Positions 28,478 through 38,519 of a stretch of 64,000 nt of DNA are shown here, one piece after another. The translations under genes were made by a program, and so were the position numbers. The stretch's first letter is position 1. Each line of letters begins with the position of its first letter. The notes beneath the pieces are model-generated. The model saw only the letters and a list, made by a program, of their open reading frames with translations, was not told the origin of the DNA and did no database searches. The DNA is from Pseudomonas phage KPP25. Where the stretch lies: the sequence record AB910393.1. One strand, given 5' to 3'.

Positions 28478-28699
28478 ATGAACCCTCCCAAGCGTTACCG
28501 CCCCGACACGGGGTTCGAGCGTCATGCATGGCGTCCCCACAATTACCTGCTGGACCACCCGCGGTTGGAATGGAACCCGTACACCAATCATCGCCCGTGC
28601 AGGGACTTCGATTCGTCCCAGCTGGTACAGATCCAGCTGTTCGTCGTGGAGCACTCGCGCGAAATCATCAACCGCATCATGTGCGCTGCACAGGAGTAA
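28478..28699 (+). CDS. hypothetical protein, 73 aa
   Basis: Co-directional ORF. Confidence 0.4.
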   Translation: MNPPKRYRPDTGFERHAWRPHNYLLDHPRLEWNPYTNHRPCRDFDSSQLVQIQLFVVEHSREIINRIMCAAQE

Positions 28700-28702
28700 C
28701 AC

Positions 28703-29237
28703 CGTGCTGATCGTCCACACTCACCCCGATCCTCGGCACATGAACCCTGAATCCATCACGCCGCCGGCACCGTTGCCCTACGTCAGCCGGCGCGCACTGG
28801 CACGTGTCCGTGAATGGACCCCGCCACCGGAGCGCTGCCCGAACTGCGACGACAGGGTGAAGCTCGTCAACAACATCGAAATCTACCGTACCCGCTCGTA
28901 CGGGGAATGGCCCTACGCCTACCGCTGCGTGAACCCGCGTTGCGATAGCTTCGTCGGGCTGCACAAGCACACCGACCTGCCGCTGGGCACGTTGGCCACC
29001 AAAGCCATGCGTGACGCGCGGAAGGATGCGAAAGCAGTCTTCCACGACCTGATGGATCAATGGTCCGGCGTCTTCAACCGCTCGGAAATGTACACCTGGC
29101 TGGCCAAACAGCTGGGTATCCCGAAAGCGCACTGCCACTTCGGAATGTTCGATGTCCCGACGTGTCGTCGCGCGCTGCAAATCTGCCTCGCAGAACTGAA
29201 GGAACGGAACAAATTTGGAAAACACACAACCTTTTGA
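28703..29237 (+). CDS. zinc-ribbon protein, 177 aa
   Basis: GTG start with an AGGAG Shine-Dalgarno. CPNC...C-x4-C motif. Confidence 0.5.
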
Positions 29238-29248
29238 GATCACCACCC

Positions 29249-29554
29249 ATGAGCAATTCCAACGACACCACCACCACCAGCACCATCACCACCATCCTCC
29301 CCGATGATGTCGCCGCCGTAACCCCCGGCTCCATCCCGATGTCCTACTACCGCCTGCTGGCCCTGCGCGCACAGCTGCGCATCCAGGCCGCTGGCATGAA
29401 GACCCGTAGTGGCTCGATCCGCAAGAAGATCGCTGCCGAACTCGGACTCAAGCCCAGGGACAGCTACGAAGTCTTCATTGCTCGCATCAATGAACTGATC
29501 GAAGAAGCCAAGCTGCGCGCCGGACAACGCGCTGGTGTGCTGCCCAAGGATTGA
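29249..29554 (+). CDS. hypothetical protein, 101 aa
   Basis: Co-directional ORF. Confidence 0.45.
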   Translation: MSNSNDTTTTSTITTILPDDVAAVTPGSIPMSYYRLLALRAQLRIQAAGMKTRSGSIRKKIAAELGLKPRDSYEVFIARINELIEEAKLRAGQRAGVLPKD

Positions 29555-29566
29555 CTGGAGAACGTA

Positions 29567-30223
29567 ATGCTCGACAAGAAACGCGACCGAATCCTCGCCA
29601 ACCAGACCCCGCATGCGCGGAAGGTCTACGAATGCGTACCGATAGCTGAACCCTGGCCGGCGCACCAGATCATGGCGCAGTTGAAAGTCGATCGTGGTTC
29701 TGCCTTGAGCGTCGCGGTGGTTCGTGGCTGCTTGAAGGCTCTGCACGAAGCTGGGCTGATCCGCCGGCCGACCAGCGATCTGTACATCCGCGAGAAGGTG
29801 ACTGAATCGGCGGCCGCCACGATCGCCGAGCAGATGGACGAAACCGTCGCCGACTACAAACGCACAAAGCCAGCCCAGCCAGCCCAGCCAGCCCAGCCAG
29901 CCCAGCCAGCCCAGCCAGCCCAGCCAGCCCAGCCAGCCCAGCCAGCCCAGCCAGCCCAGCCAGCCCAGCCAGCCCAGCCAGCCCAGCCAGCCCAGCCAGC
30001 CCAGCCAGCCCAGCCGAAGGAACCCAGCATGTCCACCTCGATCGACACCCTGCTGAAAATCGCACAGCAGCTTTCTGTCCTGGCCGCCGAAGTCGAAGAG
30101 AAGCTGTCGGAGATCGCATCCGAGATCGAGACGGCGGCCAAGCAGGTCGAGTCCACCACCGCGGCCGATCGTGAGCAGCTGGCCAAGCTCAAGCAGCTCC
30201 AGTCTCTACTGAAGGATCTGTGA
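29567..30223 (+). CDS. winged-helix-like DNA-binding protein with a (PAQ)x16 tandem repeat linker and a coiled-coil C-terminus, 218 aa
   Basis: Perfect 9-bp nucleotide tandem repeat at 29870..30015 that encodes PAQ. Confidence 0.6.
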   Translation: MLDKKRDRILANQTPHARKVYECVPIAEPWPAHQIMAQLKVDRGSALSVAVVRGCLKALHEAGLIRRPTSDLYIREKVTESAAATIAEQMDETVADYKRTKPAQPAQPAQPAQPAQPAQPAQPAQPAQPAQPAQPAQPAQPAQPAQPAQPKEPSMSTSIDTLLKIAQQLSVLAAEVEEKLSEIASEIETAAKQVESTTAADREQLAKLKQLQSLLKDL

Positions 30224-30477
30224 CCATGATCAAGACCAGAAAAGAGCCGCGCAGGGATCTCGAAGAGATCCGCCGCAAGCACGAAGAGTACATCGCCGCG
30301 CACAAGGCCAGCGGCGGTGTAACCCAGGTCTACCAATGCCCGTTCTGCGCCCAGCAGATCGAGACTGCATCACCGTCTACCAAGCACAACATGTGGGACA
30401 CCATGACGAGTTGCCCCTGGTGCGATGGGCTGCATTTCAAGCGCGTGTATTTCACGCACGTCGAGGTAAGAGTATGA
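30220..30477 (+). CDS. zinc-ribbon protein, 85 aa
   Basis: CPFC...CPWC motif. Confidence 0.45.
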   Translation: MTMIKTRKEPRRDLEEIRRKHEEYIAAHKASGGVTQVYQCPFCAQQIETASPSTKHNMWDTMTSCPWCDGLHFKRVYFTHVEVRV

Positions 30478-30800
30478 GCACGAACGAACCACGTAATTGG
30501 CTGAACCACTACAGCTGCTCGTGCGGCTGCGAATGGTCGGATGAATGGTCCTGCCAGTGCGATGACAAGTGCCCGGAATGTGGAACCGCGTGCAGCCCGA
30601 CCAAATCCGAATGGATCGGTACTGAACTTCCCAACCCTTCCATCGGCGAGAAGATGCGCTTGCGGCATTACTACGGCTACATGCGTCTGCGCTTCAACGC
30701 TGACGGCACCGTCGATGCGCAGAAGGGATCGAGCTGGGGGCCGCTGCTCACCAACCGGGAGTGGATGAAGACGCTTACCTTGTGGCGTCAAGGGAGGTAA
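30474..30800 (+). CDS. Cys-rich zinc-binding protein, 108 aa
   Basis: C-S-C-G-C...C-Q-C...C-P-E-C motif. ATGA start/stop overlap. Confidence 0.45.
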   Translation: MSTNEPRNWLNHYSCSCGCEWSDEWSCQCDDKCPECGTACSPTKSEWIGTELPNPSIGEKMRLRHYYGYMRLRFNADGTVDAQKGSSWGPLLTNREWMKTLTLWRQGR

Positions 30801-30802
30801 GC

Positions 30803-31084
30803 ATGATCACCACGATTTACCACGTGACCGTCGATGTACCCACTCTGGTCTGGAATCATTTCCGCGACGACCGGATTTATTTCTGTGAGATATGCGAGGC
30901 GTTCAAAGGAAACGTAGGGTCTGGCACCAACCACTACGATGTGGTTGAAGAATGGGCCGACTTCCACGATTCCTCCACCGCCGTTGCTGCTGAGGCAAAA
31001 GCCAAGGCATTGATGGTGAAGTACGAACACCTCGCCAAGGTACTTGAGGAACAAGCTGAAGAGGGATACGAGGGTGACCACTAA
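30803..31084 (+). CDS. hypothetical protein, 93 aa
   Basis: Co-directional ORF. Confidence 0.45.
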   Translation: MITTIYHVTVDVPTLVWNHFRDDRIYFCEICEAFKGNVGSGTNHYDVVEEWADFHDSSTAVAAEAKAKALMVKYEHLAKVLEEQAEEGYEGDH

Positions 31085-31376
31085 ACCTGTCCCTCAGAAG
31101 ATCACCATCGAAGGTGATATCGCCACGAACGTACGCAAGCGCGGGTATCGGTTCGTACGCCGCTTCGGTTCCATACCGACTCCCGGCGACGAAGGCTCGT
31201 CATCCACCACCACGTGGCCGGTGCTGCTCTGGCAACACGCTGTCTACCCGGATCGGTTCGCTGTGTCGTACGGTGCCGATCTTACCTATTGCCTGGACTG
31301 GGTACAGGCGGCCGAACGACTCGGCGCTGCTCTGCTCCATGCCACAACTGTCGACGGGAAAATCAACGATGACTAG
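31074..31376 (+). CDS. hypothetical protein, ~100 aa
   Basis: The start is uncertain: TTG at 31044 or GTG at 31074. Confidence 0.35.
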   Translation: MTTKPVPQKITIEGDIATNVRKRGYRFVRRFGSIPTPGDEGSSSTTTWPVLLWQHAVYPDRFAVSYGADLTYCLDWVQAAERLGAALLHATTVDGKINDD

Positions 31377-31935
31377 CAGCAGACAACTCAAGTTCGGTTC
31401 GTACATTTCCGGCACCATGCGCACGCAGGATCTGGTGCCGAAGTTCTTCGAGATCCTGATGTCGGTATCGACGAACGCTGTGTACCAGATCGTGCTGACC
31501 AGGGCATTCGAGGACGACATTTCGCTGCCTGATCATTGGCTCTTCGAAGCTATTACGGACGAAGAATGGCCGCACGACGACCACGGTTGGTGGTCCTCTG
31601 TCGAAGCTGCGGAAATGGTCGATGCGCTGATCAACGCGCTTCAGGACTTCGTGCCGGTGGGTCACTACTTCGGCGCGCATCCTGGCGATGGTTCGGACTT
31701 CGGTTGCTGGCGCTTCGAGGACTCGCATCTGTTCACCGTGTTCGTACGCCAGAGTAACAACGAAGGCACCACGTACGTCGAGTCGGTGTGGACGAGTAAC
31801 GCCACCGAAGCCGCCGAGATAATCCTCGCCAACTGCGCCAATGCGTGGGAGCGCCCCGCATCGGAACTGCGCGTACTGGGCATCATCGCCAGCGAGGCAG
31901 AAATCGAAGTCGTTGAATGGAACGACGAGGAATAG
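31369..31935 (+). CDS. acidic hypothetical protein, 188 aa
   Basis: Co-directional ORF. Confidence 0.5.
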   Translation: MTSSRQLKFGSYISGTMRTQDLVPKFFEILMSVSTNAVYQIVLTRAFEDDISLPDHWLFEAITDEEWPHDDHGWWSSVEAAEMVDALINALQDFVPVGHYFGAHPGDGSDFGCWRFEDSHLFTVFVRQSNNEGTTYVESVWTSNATEAAEIILANCANAWERPASELRVLGIIASEAEIEVVEWNDEE

Positions 31936-31938
31936 ACC

Positions 31939-32604
31939 GTGGACGACATCCAAGTTCGGCTAGCCAAGTACAAAGACCGTAAAGAAGAATCTCGATACTT
32001 CAAAACCCTCTTTTACAACTACGGCCTCAGCTTTGGACACCCGAATGGCGGACGTACTCCCGACCGCGGTGAGTTCACGACCTGGGTCGAACCCTCGCTT
32101 CGATTCGTAGGTAACGCGGATTGCTTGGCGCGCATCGGGCGCCGAGGCTGGTACATCGATCTGTTCCAGCACGATGTTGCATATGGGGAGGTCTATCAGC
32201 TCTCGGCCAGGAATGGCGAAGAGCGCTATCTGGCTGCCTACGTCTACAGCTACGACACCGACTGCGTGACGTTCGACATCACTGAGGTGTTCGACGACAA
32301 ACGAGAAGCAGCCCTGGCCGCCGACGAAATGGCCAGGATCGCCGCCGAGCATAGCCGCGAAGCTGATCAGGAAGACGAAATCAACCAACAGAAAGAAGAG
32401 GCGCGTGGACTACGCGCTGAGGTACGCACGCGCATGCGTGCGGTGATCGCCGGACTGCGCTGGAAGCGCCACGCAGCCAGGATGATGTCGCCGGTCTACA
32501 TCCCGGACATCTTCAACGTGCTGGCCATGGAAGAATTGAGCCGCGGGTTCGAAGCACGCGCTGAGCTGTACAAGCTTTGGAAGAACGGACCCGACAATCT
32601 ATAG
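31939..32604 (+). CDS. hypothetical protein, 221 aa
   Basis: GTG start. Confidence 0.5.
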   Translation: MDDIQVRLAKYKDRKEESRYFKTLFYNYGLSFGHPNGGRTPDRGEFTTWVEPSLRFVGNADCLARIGRRGWYIDLFQHDVAYGEVYQLSARNGEERYLAAYVYSYDTDCVTFDITEVFDDKREAALAADEMARIAAEHSREADQEDEINQQKEEARGLRAEVRTRMRAVIAGLRWKRHAARMMSPVYIPDIFNVLAMEELSRGFEARAELYKLWKNGPDNL

Positions 32605-32619
32605 CTGGAGGGTTAGGCC

Positions 32620-32973
32620 GTGAGTGATTGCTTCGATCACATGGTAGATGCGTTCGAGGACTACGAAGCCCGCGGGTGTGACGATGATGCTGGTGACGGA
32701 AGTTGGTTCCTGTCTCGTCGCGACCGTCGCGGCCGTCGCGGTCGTAGCAGCCGTCGTAGCAGCACTTTTGTACGTGACCCTCTCTACTACCACACCAAGC
32801 TCGAATTCAAGCGAATCGTCCACCGCACCGACAAAGCCATCCTGTTCGAATTCAAGCATTTCGGCGAGCAATGGGTTCCTGAAAAGCTCTGCCGAAAACT
32901 AAACGAAGAGGAATGCTCAGTCTTCGTTTACACCCCATTCATCCGCAGCATCACACTACGAGGAACACCGTAA
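32620..32973 (+). CDS. hypothetical protein with an Arg-rich segment, 117 aa
   Basis: GTG start. Confidence 0.45.
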   Translation: MSDCFDHMVDAFEDYEARGCDDDAGDGSWFLSRRDRRGRRGRSSRRSSTFVRDPLYYHTKLEFKRIVHRTDKAILFEFKHFGEQWVPEKLCRKLNEEECSVFVYTPFIRSITLRGTP

Positions 32974-33581
32974 TGCACGACTTCATCATCACCCTGAACC
33001 TGGCTTACCTCGGCCGCCAACTCTCGTCGACCCATGGTACGCAGAAAGGCTACGCGAACCAGCTCATGGTTCTTCTTCGCATCGCGGACCTCAACGAGGT
33101 GAAGGCTACTGAGCATGCGAACATCCGCATGACCGCCGAGCAATTCGCTGAGTTCATCTACCTCCGCGCAGCCGCCGGTGCCACGAACGGCATCAAGGAA
33201 CTGCAAGCTCGGCGTGTGCCGTCCAACCAGCCGACTGATGTCTACCTGACGCGAGACTTGACCGGTACCGATCTGGATAGCCAAGGCTACCCGAAACAAG
33301 GCCGGCGAAGCCCTGCCCTCGACGACGCTATATCCGTAGTTGCAGACATCAACATGTCCGCCACCGGGAGCGCATCGGCGTCTACCGGCGGTATGAGCCA
33401 CTACGCAGCGGAGATCGATACGCTGCGTGCCATGGCTTCGAAAGTCGAAGACGCACAGATCGTATCGATCTGCGGCGGCATCGAAGTGGATCGCATCAGC
33501 GCACTGGATCTGGTGTACGACGAAATCCACAAGCGTGAACAGGCTATCGCCAGCATGTTCACTTCCAACCGTCAACAGTAA
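32973..33581 (+). CDS. hypothetical protein, 202 aa
   Basis: TAATG start/stop overlap. Confidence 0.5.
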   Translation: MHDFIITLNLAYLGRQLSSTHGTQKGYANQLMVLLRIADLNEVKATEHANIRMTAEQFAEFIYLRAAAGATNGIKELQARRVPSNQPTDVYLTRDLTGTDLDSQGYPKQGRRSPALDDAISVVADINMSATGSASASTGGMSHYAAEIDTLRAMASKVEDAQIVSICGGIEVDRISALDLVYDEIHKREQAIASMFTSNRQQ

Positions 33582-33592
33582 GGATCATCACC

Positions 33593-33991
33593 ATGGGTAG
33601 TCACGTTGCAATAGCGCATTACCTCGACCCCATTACGGGCGAAAAACACAACGAGCACATTCTGCTCGATACGCAACTGAAAGACAGGCTGCCGGACCAT
33701 CCGGTAGCTATCGGCTTCGAACTGAACGACGAGCACAAGAAGCTGCATGCCGATGGTTACATCGCCCTGGTCGCTATCGACCGTGCGAAATCCCGCGGCA
33801 CCAGACCGCAGGATGTATATCGCCTGGGTACTCACATGCACGTTCGCCGTGAAGCACTCAAGCACATCCTGAACATCAACGACGCGGATCTGGCACTGCC
33901 GCTGATTTGGGTCGATGTGGAAGTCATCGACACCATCAAGGCAATGGCTGGTATCGAAGAGGAAAATGCCAGTGCAGAAGAAGCCGAGTAA
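33593..33991 (+). CDS. hypothetical protein, 132 aa
   Basis: Co-directional ORF. Confidence 0.45.
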   Translation: MGSHVAIAHYLDPITGEKHNEHILLDTQLKDRLPDHPVAIGFELNDEHKKLHADGYIALVAIDRAKSRGTRPQDVYRLGTHMHVRREALKHILNINDADLALPLIWVDVEVIDTIKAMAGIEEENASAEEAE

Positions 33992-34382
33992 GGACGCAGC
34001 ACTGAATGTGCTGGAGTTCATCGCCAACGAAGCCCTCGAAGCGATCGCCAAGTTCGAAGCAGTGCAGAGCGACGACAACATGTCGGAACTCTTCGCTACC
34101 CGGATGCGCCTGAAGGTGCAGCTCGACGAACTAAAAGCAGCGCGTGGCGAATCGCTCACCAACGATCTGTACCTCAACGGCTCGTTGCGTGATGTGAAGT
34201 CGCCGGAGCTGCTGATGCTCAAGCGCGGCGAAATCGAGTCCATCGAGTACATCAAGCGCCGGGCGACGATCCTGCGCAAGAAGCTCGGTATCTCCCACTA
34301 CAACGCACTGGAGTTCCTGGCGCGCGAAGCTGGTTTCGATTCGTACCGCCACGCGCTCCGAGAGCTGGAGTACGGCAAGTGA
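33966..34382 (+). CDS. hypothetical protein, 138 aa
   Basis: Co-directional ORF. Confidence 0.45.
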   Translation: MPVQKKPSKDAALNVLEFIANEALEAIAKFEAVQSDDNMSELFATRMRLKVQLDELKAARGESLTNDLYLNGSLRDVKSPELLMLKRGEIESIEYIKRRATILRKKLGISHYNALEFLAREAGFDSYRHALRELEYGK

Positions 34383-34645
34383 CCATCCCGTTCAACGACG
34401 ATTTTATCGTCATCGAATACGAACCCGACGAGACGAAAGGCGAACTTGCGGAGTACCTGTATGGTTCCGCGACGTACGACTTCGCTCTGCCCGTAGAGTG
34501 GGTCAAACGTGCCGAAGCTATCACCGGCCAGCAGGTAGTACCGCACTTCGTGTGGTTGTACCCGTCGGGCGATATAGCTGGCATGCCTGCGCCACTCACC
34601 CTCACCGGCGTGCATATCCTGATGCAGTTAGCGCGCTACCCGTAA
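34379..34645 (+). CDS. hypothetical protein, 88 aa
   Basis: GTG start overlapping the upstream stop. Confidence 0.4.
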   Translation: MTIPFNDDFIVIEYEPDETKGELAEYLYGSATYDFALPVEWVKRAEAITGQQVVPHFVWLYPSGDIAGMPAPLTLTGVHILMQLARYP

Positions 34646-34651
34646 ACCGTC

Positions 34652-34678
34652 CACCCACTCAACCACTCAACCATTCAT
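34652..34678. repeat. 8-bp tandem repeat (CCACTCAA x2, CCATTCAT)
   Basis: Lies 25 bp upstream of the AAA+ ATPase gene. Related to the repeat at 27328..27359. Confidence 0.7.
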
Positions 34679-34702
34679 TTCTCTACGCAAGGAACATCGG
34701 AT

Positions 34703-36175
34703 ATGTCGAACAACGCCACCGTCAAGAAAGCCGTCAAGTCGCTCAGCGAAATCCCCGAACAGCACCACGTCGCCGAGATCGTCCACCACGGCGACAAGCT
34801 GACCCTGCCCGAAGGCATGGGCGTCAGCGATGCCATCGAGCTGCTGGAGCGCCGCCGCAGCTACCTCGAAGAAGCTGTCGGCCTGACGCGCACTTTCAAC
34901 GTCTTCCCTTGGGACGGCGCGAACGCCATCAACATCGCCCTGGCACGTCGTTTCGGCTGGGCTGCCGCCGAGGCTACCCCTGGCTTCTTCGGCAGCACTC
35001 CGCCGAAGATGATCACCATCGAAGTCGGCCCTGGCCAGACCCGTCGTGTACCGTGGGGCCGCTTCAGCATGCCGGGTATCGATGGTTACGTGGGAACCAG
35101 CGCCAGCATGAAAGACGGCCGTCTGTGCTTCCAGCTGGTCGCGGAGGTCCGGCGTAAGGACGAGCAGACCATCGAGAAGCTGTTCGATGAAGTCGAAGAC
35201 GTGCTGAAGCACGAATCGATCTACGCCGGCAAGGCGATCAAGATCCGCTTCCGTGACGACGACGGCAACACCCTGGAAATGCCCGAGCCGAAGTTCCTCG
35301 ACGTGAGCGGCGTGTCGCGCGACATGCTGGTGTACTCGAAAGAAGTCACCGACTCCATCGAAACCAACCTGTTCACGCCCATCGAGCGCGTCCACGACTG
35401 CATCAAGAACGGTATCCCGGTCAAGCGCGGTGTCCTATTGGGCGGCCCGTACGGTACCGGTAAGACCCTGGCCGCCACCGTTGCCTCGCGTCTCGCTGTC
35501 GACGCCGGCGTAACCTACCTGTACGTGCCGCGTGCGGACGAGCTGGCCGACGCCATCGAGTTCGCCAAGCAGTACCAAGACGTGGCCTGCGTGATCTTCT
35601 GCGAGGACATCGATCGCTGCATGAGCGGCGAGCGTTCGGTGGCAATGGACGACATCCTGAACATCCTCGACGGCATCGACACCAAGTCGTCGCGGATCAT
35701 CACCGTTCTCACCACCAACCACCTGACCGACATCAACCCGGCCATGCTGCGCCCCGGCCGCCTGGACGCGATCATCGACGTGGTTCCGCCGGACGCCGAA
35801 GCCGTCGTTCGCCTGATCAAGCTCTACGGCGCTGGCGACATCGACGAGCAAGCTGACCTGACCCCGGCGGCCGAGCTGCTGGCCGGTGCGATTCCGGCGG
35901 TCATCGCCGAGGTAGTCAAGCGTTCGAAGCTGGCCCAGCTCCAGCTGCAAGCGCCGGGCACCGCGATCGAGAAGATCACCGGCGACGCGATTCTGCTGGC
36001 GGCGCAGGCCATCCAGAGCCAAGTCAAGCTGCTAGCCGAGCAGTCCATGCCGCGTGTGGCTCCGCTCACCATGGACAGCCTGCTGCGCAACATCGTCAAG
36101 GACGAGTTCGAAGCGCTTGCAACCGAACTGGACAGCATCCGCCAGTTGTCCGAAAGCATCCGCGAACGCGTATAA
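34703..36175 (+). CDS. AAA+ ATPase (classical clade), 490 aa
   Basis: Walker A GPYGTGKT, Walker B VIFCEDID, and second region of homology with an Arg finger (TTNHLTDINPAMLRPGRLD). A ~230-aa N-terminal domain of unknown function. Confidence 0.8.
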   Translation: MSNNATVKKAVKSLSEIPEQHHVAEIVHHGDKLTLPEGMGVSDAIELLERRRSYLEEAVGLTRTFNVFPWDGANAINIALARRFGWAAAEATPGFFGSTPPKMITIEVGPGQTRRVPWGRFSMPGIDGYVGTSASMKDGRLCFQLVAEVRRKDEQTIEKLFDEVEDVLKHESIYAGKAIKIRFRDDDGNTLEMPEPKFLDVSGVSRDMLVYSKEVTDSIETNLFTPIERVHDCIKNGIPVKRGVLLGGPYGTGKTLAATVASRLAVDAGVTYLYVPRADELADAIEFAKQYQDVACVIFCEDIDRCMSGERSVAMDDILNILDGIDTKSSRIITVLTTNHLTDINPAMLRPGRLDAIIDVVPPDAEAVVRLIKLYGAGDIDEQADLTPAAELLAGAIPAVIAEVVKRSKLAQLQLQAPGTAIEKITGDAILLAAQAIQSQVKLLAEQSMPRVAPLTMDSLLRNIVKDEFEALATELDSIRQLSESIRERV

Positions 36176-36193
36176 CCGTTCGCATCACCAAAA

Positions 36194-36219
36194 GCGGCTC
36201 CTTCGGGGGCCGCTTTTTT
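36194..36219 (+). terminator. rho-independent terminator
   Basis: GCGGCTCC-TTCG-GGGGCCGC hairpin followed by TTTTTT. Confidence 0.6.
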
Positions 36220-36231
36220 ATCGAGGTTCCC

Positions 36232-36564
36232 ATGACCCTATCGTTCGATTATTCCGGTTTGCTGTACTTCGCCGCCGGTGTGCTGTTCGGTATCCTGATC
36301 GGCCCGGCAGCTCTGTCGCTGCTTAAACCCCGCAACAGATTCATGGAAGGCTTCAAGCACGCGGCCGTGATCATCGTGGGTGCTGACGATCCGGCGGATG
36401 CAATCCTGTACCTGCTGAACAAGGTCGAAGAATCGAAGAGCTTCGATATGTACGACCAGTACGACGGCGGTGTAGAAGCAGCCGTGGAAATGTTCATCGA
36501 CGGTATGAAGAACAGCGCACACATCGTGAATTCGTACGAGGTACACCGAAGTGACACCTATTAA
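36232..36564 (+). CDS. membrane-anchored protein, 110 aa
   Basis: N-terminal TMD. Confidence 0.45.
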   Translation: MTLSFDYSGLLYFAAGVLFGILIGPAALSLLKPRNRFMEGFKHAAVIIVGADDPADAILYLLNKVEESKSFDMYDQYDGGVEAAVEMFIDGMKNSAHIVNSYEVHRSDTY

Positions 36565-36928
36565 TCTCTACCACCGCCACACGCACTCGTATGTGTCTGG
36601 CTGGAAGTACCTCGACAACTACACCTACATCGGCAACGCACTCGTCAAGTCGCCTATGCACAAGTTGTTCGAAGACGACGAAAGCGTGAAGTACCACGGT
36701 GTGGTTGAGCTGCCGGCTGTGCAGCGTAAGCATATGCGTCGGGTATGGAAACGAATCGGTAAACCGGTGAGCTTCGGCCGTTTCGTACTCAACGCGCTCG
36801 AAGATTACTGGACCGGCAGCTGCCAGTGCGAACACGACTGCTGTGGGTGTTTCTCCTACGCGGCCATAGCAAACCGCGTGAACCACAAGAAGTACACCGT
36901 GATCGTTCAAGGCCGGCGCAACATATGA
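36551..36928 (+). CDS. Cys-rich hypothetical protein, 125 aa
   Basis: CQCEHDCCGC motif. Confidence 0.45.
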   Translation: MTPINLYHRHTHSYVSGWKYLDNYTYIGNALVKSPMHKLFEDDESVKYHGVVELPAVQRKHMRRVWKRIGKPVSFGRFVLNALEDYWTGSCQCEHDCCGCFSYAAIANRVNHKKYTVIVQGRRNI

Positions 36929-37026
36929 CTATCGAGATCATCTACCACTTCTTCGACTACCTGCCCTGGTACACAGCGCCGGTGTGGCTGCTTCCGCTCC
37001 TAGCCTTGGCACGATAAGGAATCGAC

Positions 37027-37239
37027 ATGCCTGAATTCATCATCACCATGCTGATCTGCACCTCGCCTGATATCTGCATTCCGTTCAAAGACGACAGCAT
37101 GCGCTTTACCCAGGAACGGTGCGAAGAAGTACGACAAGAGATCACTCGTCGTTACCCGCCCGACAAGTTCGCATTGCGCGTGAAGTGCGAAGTTGTGGAG
37201 CCGGTGACCAAGCCGGTACAAACCAGTCTTGTCTTTTGA
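37027..37239 (+). CDS. hypothetical protein, 70 aa
   Basis: Co-directional ORF. Confidence 0.4.
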   Translation: MPEFIITMLICTSPDICIPFKDDSMRFTQERCEEVRQEITRRYPPDKFALRVKCEVVEPVTKPVQTSLVF

Positions 37240-37246
37240 GGTCACC

Positions 37247-37603
37247 ATGGAAGAGAACGAAAAACCCGCCGCCAAAATTGCGCACGCCAAGCGTGCCGTC
37301 CACTTCACGCTCAACGATCACACCATCACCAAGGGCATCGAGATCGCAAAAGATGCCCTGGCCATGCGCACCGGTTTGGCATCCGGCCAGAACGAAAAGT
37401 ACAAGTTCGACGTGGACACCACGATGAACGGATGGGTGCTCGTAACCGTCACCAAAACTGAACCCGACGAAACCTGGGGTAAGTGGCGAACGCTGGCGCT
37501 TTCGCCGACAGCTCTGGTCGAGTTGGCTATCGCCACCGGCTTGATCAACGCCGACCTCAACGTCGAAGACCCGCTGCATATCGTTGCAGTCGCGGGCGAT
37601 TAA
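37247..37603 (+). CDS. hypothetical protein, ~118 aa
   Basis: Co-directional ORF. Confidence 0.45.
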   Translation: MEENEKPAAKIAHAKRAVHFTLNDHTITKGIEIAKDALAMRTGLASGQNEKYKFDVDTTMNGWVLVTVTKTEPDETWGKWRTLALSPTALVELAIATGLINADLNVEDPLHIVAVAGD

Positions 37604-37624
37604 CCAACTACATCGGAGGCCGGC

Positions 37625-37846
37625 ATGATCATCGCGTCTTTCATGGACTTAACGCTGGACGTTCACATCCGCGTGGAATGCCGGCGTGTAACTGTGACCC
37701 TGGTCGAGTACAAGCTCGTGTACGTGAAGATCACGACCGGAGAACTCGTACTCTGCCAACCTTTCTTCGAACGCCCCGCGGTCGAGAACCACTTCCGTGA
37801 GATCGTAGAAGACCTGATCCTTAAACAACGAGGCACTGTGCAATGA
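37625..37846 (+). CDS. hypothetical protein, 73 aa
   Basis: Co-directional ORF. Confidence 0.4.
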   Translation: MIIASFMDLTLDVHIRVECRRVTVTLVEYKLVYVKITTGELVLCQPFFERPAVENHFREIVEDLILKQRGTVQ

Positions 37847-38055
37847 AAAAGAACTGGAGTTCGATGGGGCTGAATTTCATGCGATCGCTGGCTGCTGGTG
37901 TGTTCTCTGGCAGCATCGGGAGAACTGCCCACCGCACGAATTACACCCCCGCGGCAGTCGATAAGCAGACACCCGAGCAAATCCAAGCTGCCAAGCAGCG
38001 CGCGCAAGAGCGTCGTGAACGACGGATGAAACGTCCGCAAGGGTTCGGAGGCTGA
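37843..38055 (+). CDS. hypothetical protein, 70 aa
   Basis: Co-directional ORF. Confidence 0.4.
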   Translation: MKKNWSSMGLNFMRSLAAGVFSGSIGRTAHRTNYTPAAVDKQTPEQIQAAKQRAQERRERRMKRPQGFGG

Positions 38056-38057
38056 CC

Positions 38058-38519
38058 ATGAACATCAAGCATCTGGCGAGCATCGCCCGTACCAACTACA
38101 CGACCATTTCGGTCGAGTTCTCCGAGACGCGCGGCAAGTTCTACACCTACAAGGCCGAACTGCCGTTCCCGCCGACCATCAGTATGGTCGTGGTTTCGTC
38201 GCCCTCGAAAGGCTACTGCTTGGCGCGGGTCGTGGAAGTCCACGACGTGCCGCAGATCGACGTGAACGCAGCGTACGACTACAAGTGGATCGTGGCCAAG
38301 GTAGACGATTCGCGCTACATGACCCTGGTCGAAGAAGACAAGGAATTCACCAAGCGCATGCGGGCGCACGAACAGACCAAGATTTACAACGAACTGCGGG
38401 CGCAGTTCCCGCAGGCCATGGAGATCATGGGCAGCATCACCGGTCGCGTGTGCTTAGACAGGCAGCAATCGGAAGCTGCCTCGAAAGACCCGTACGAGGA
38501 TTTGAACAGCGAAGGGTGA
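38058..38519 (+). CDS. hypothetical protein, 153 aa
   Basis: Co-directional ORF. Confidence 0.5.
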   Translation: MNIKHLASIARTNYTTISVEFSETRGKFYTYKAELPFPPTISMVVVSSPSKGYCLARVVEVHDVPQIDVNAAYDYKWIVAKVDDSRYMTLVEEDKEFTKRMRAHEQTKIYNELRAQFPQAMEIMGSITGRVCLDRQQSEAASKDPYEDLNSEG

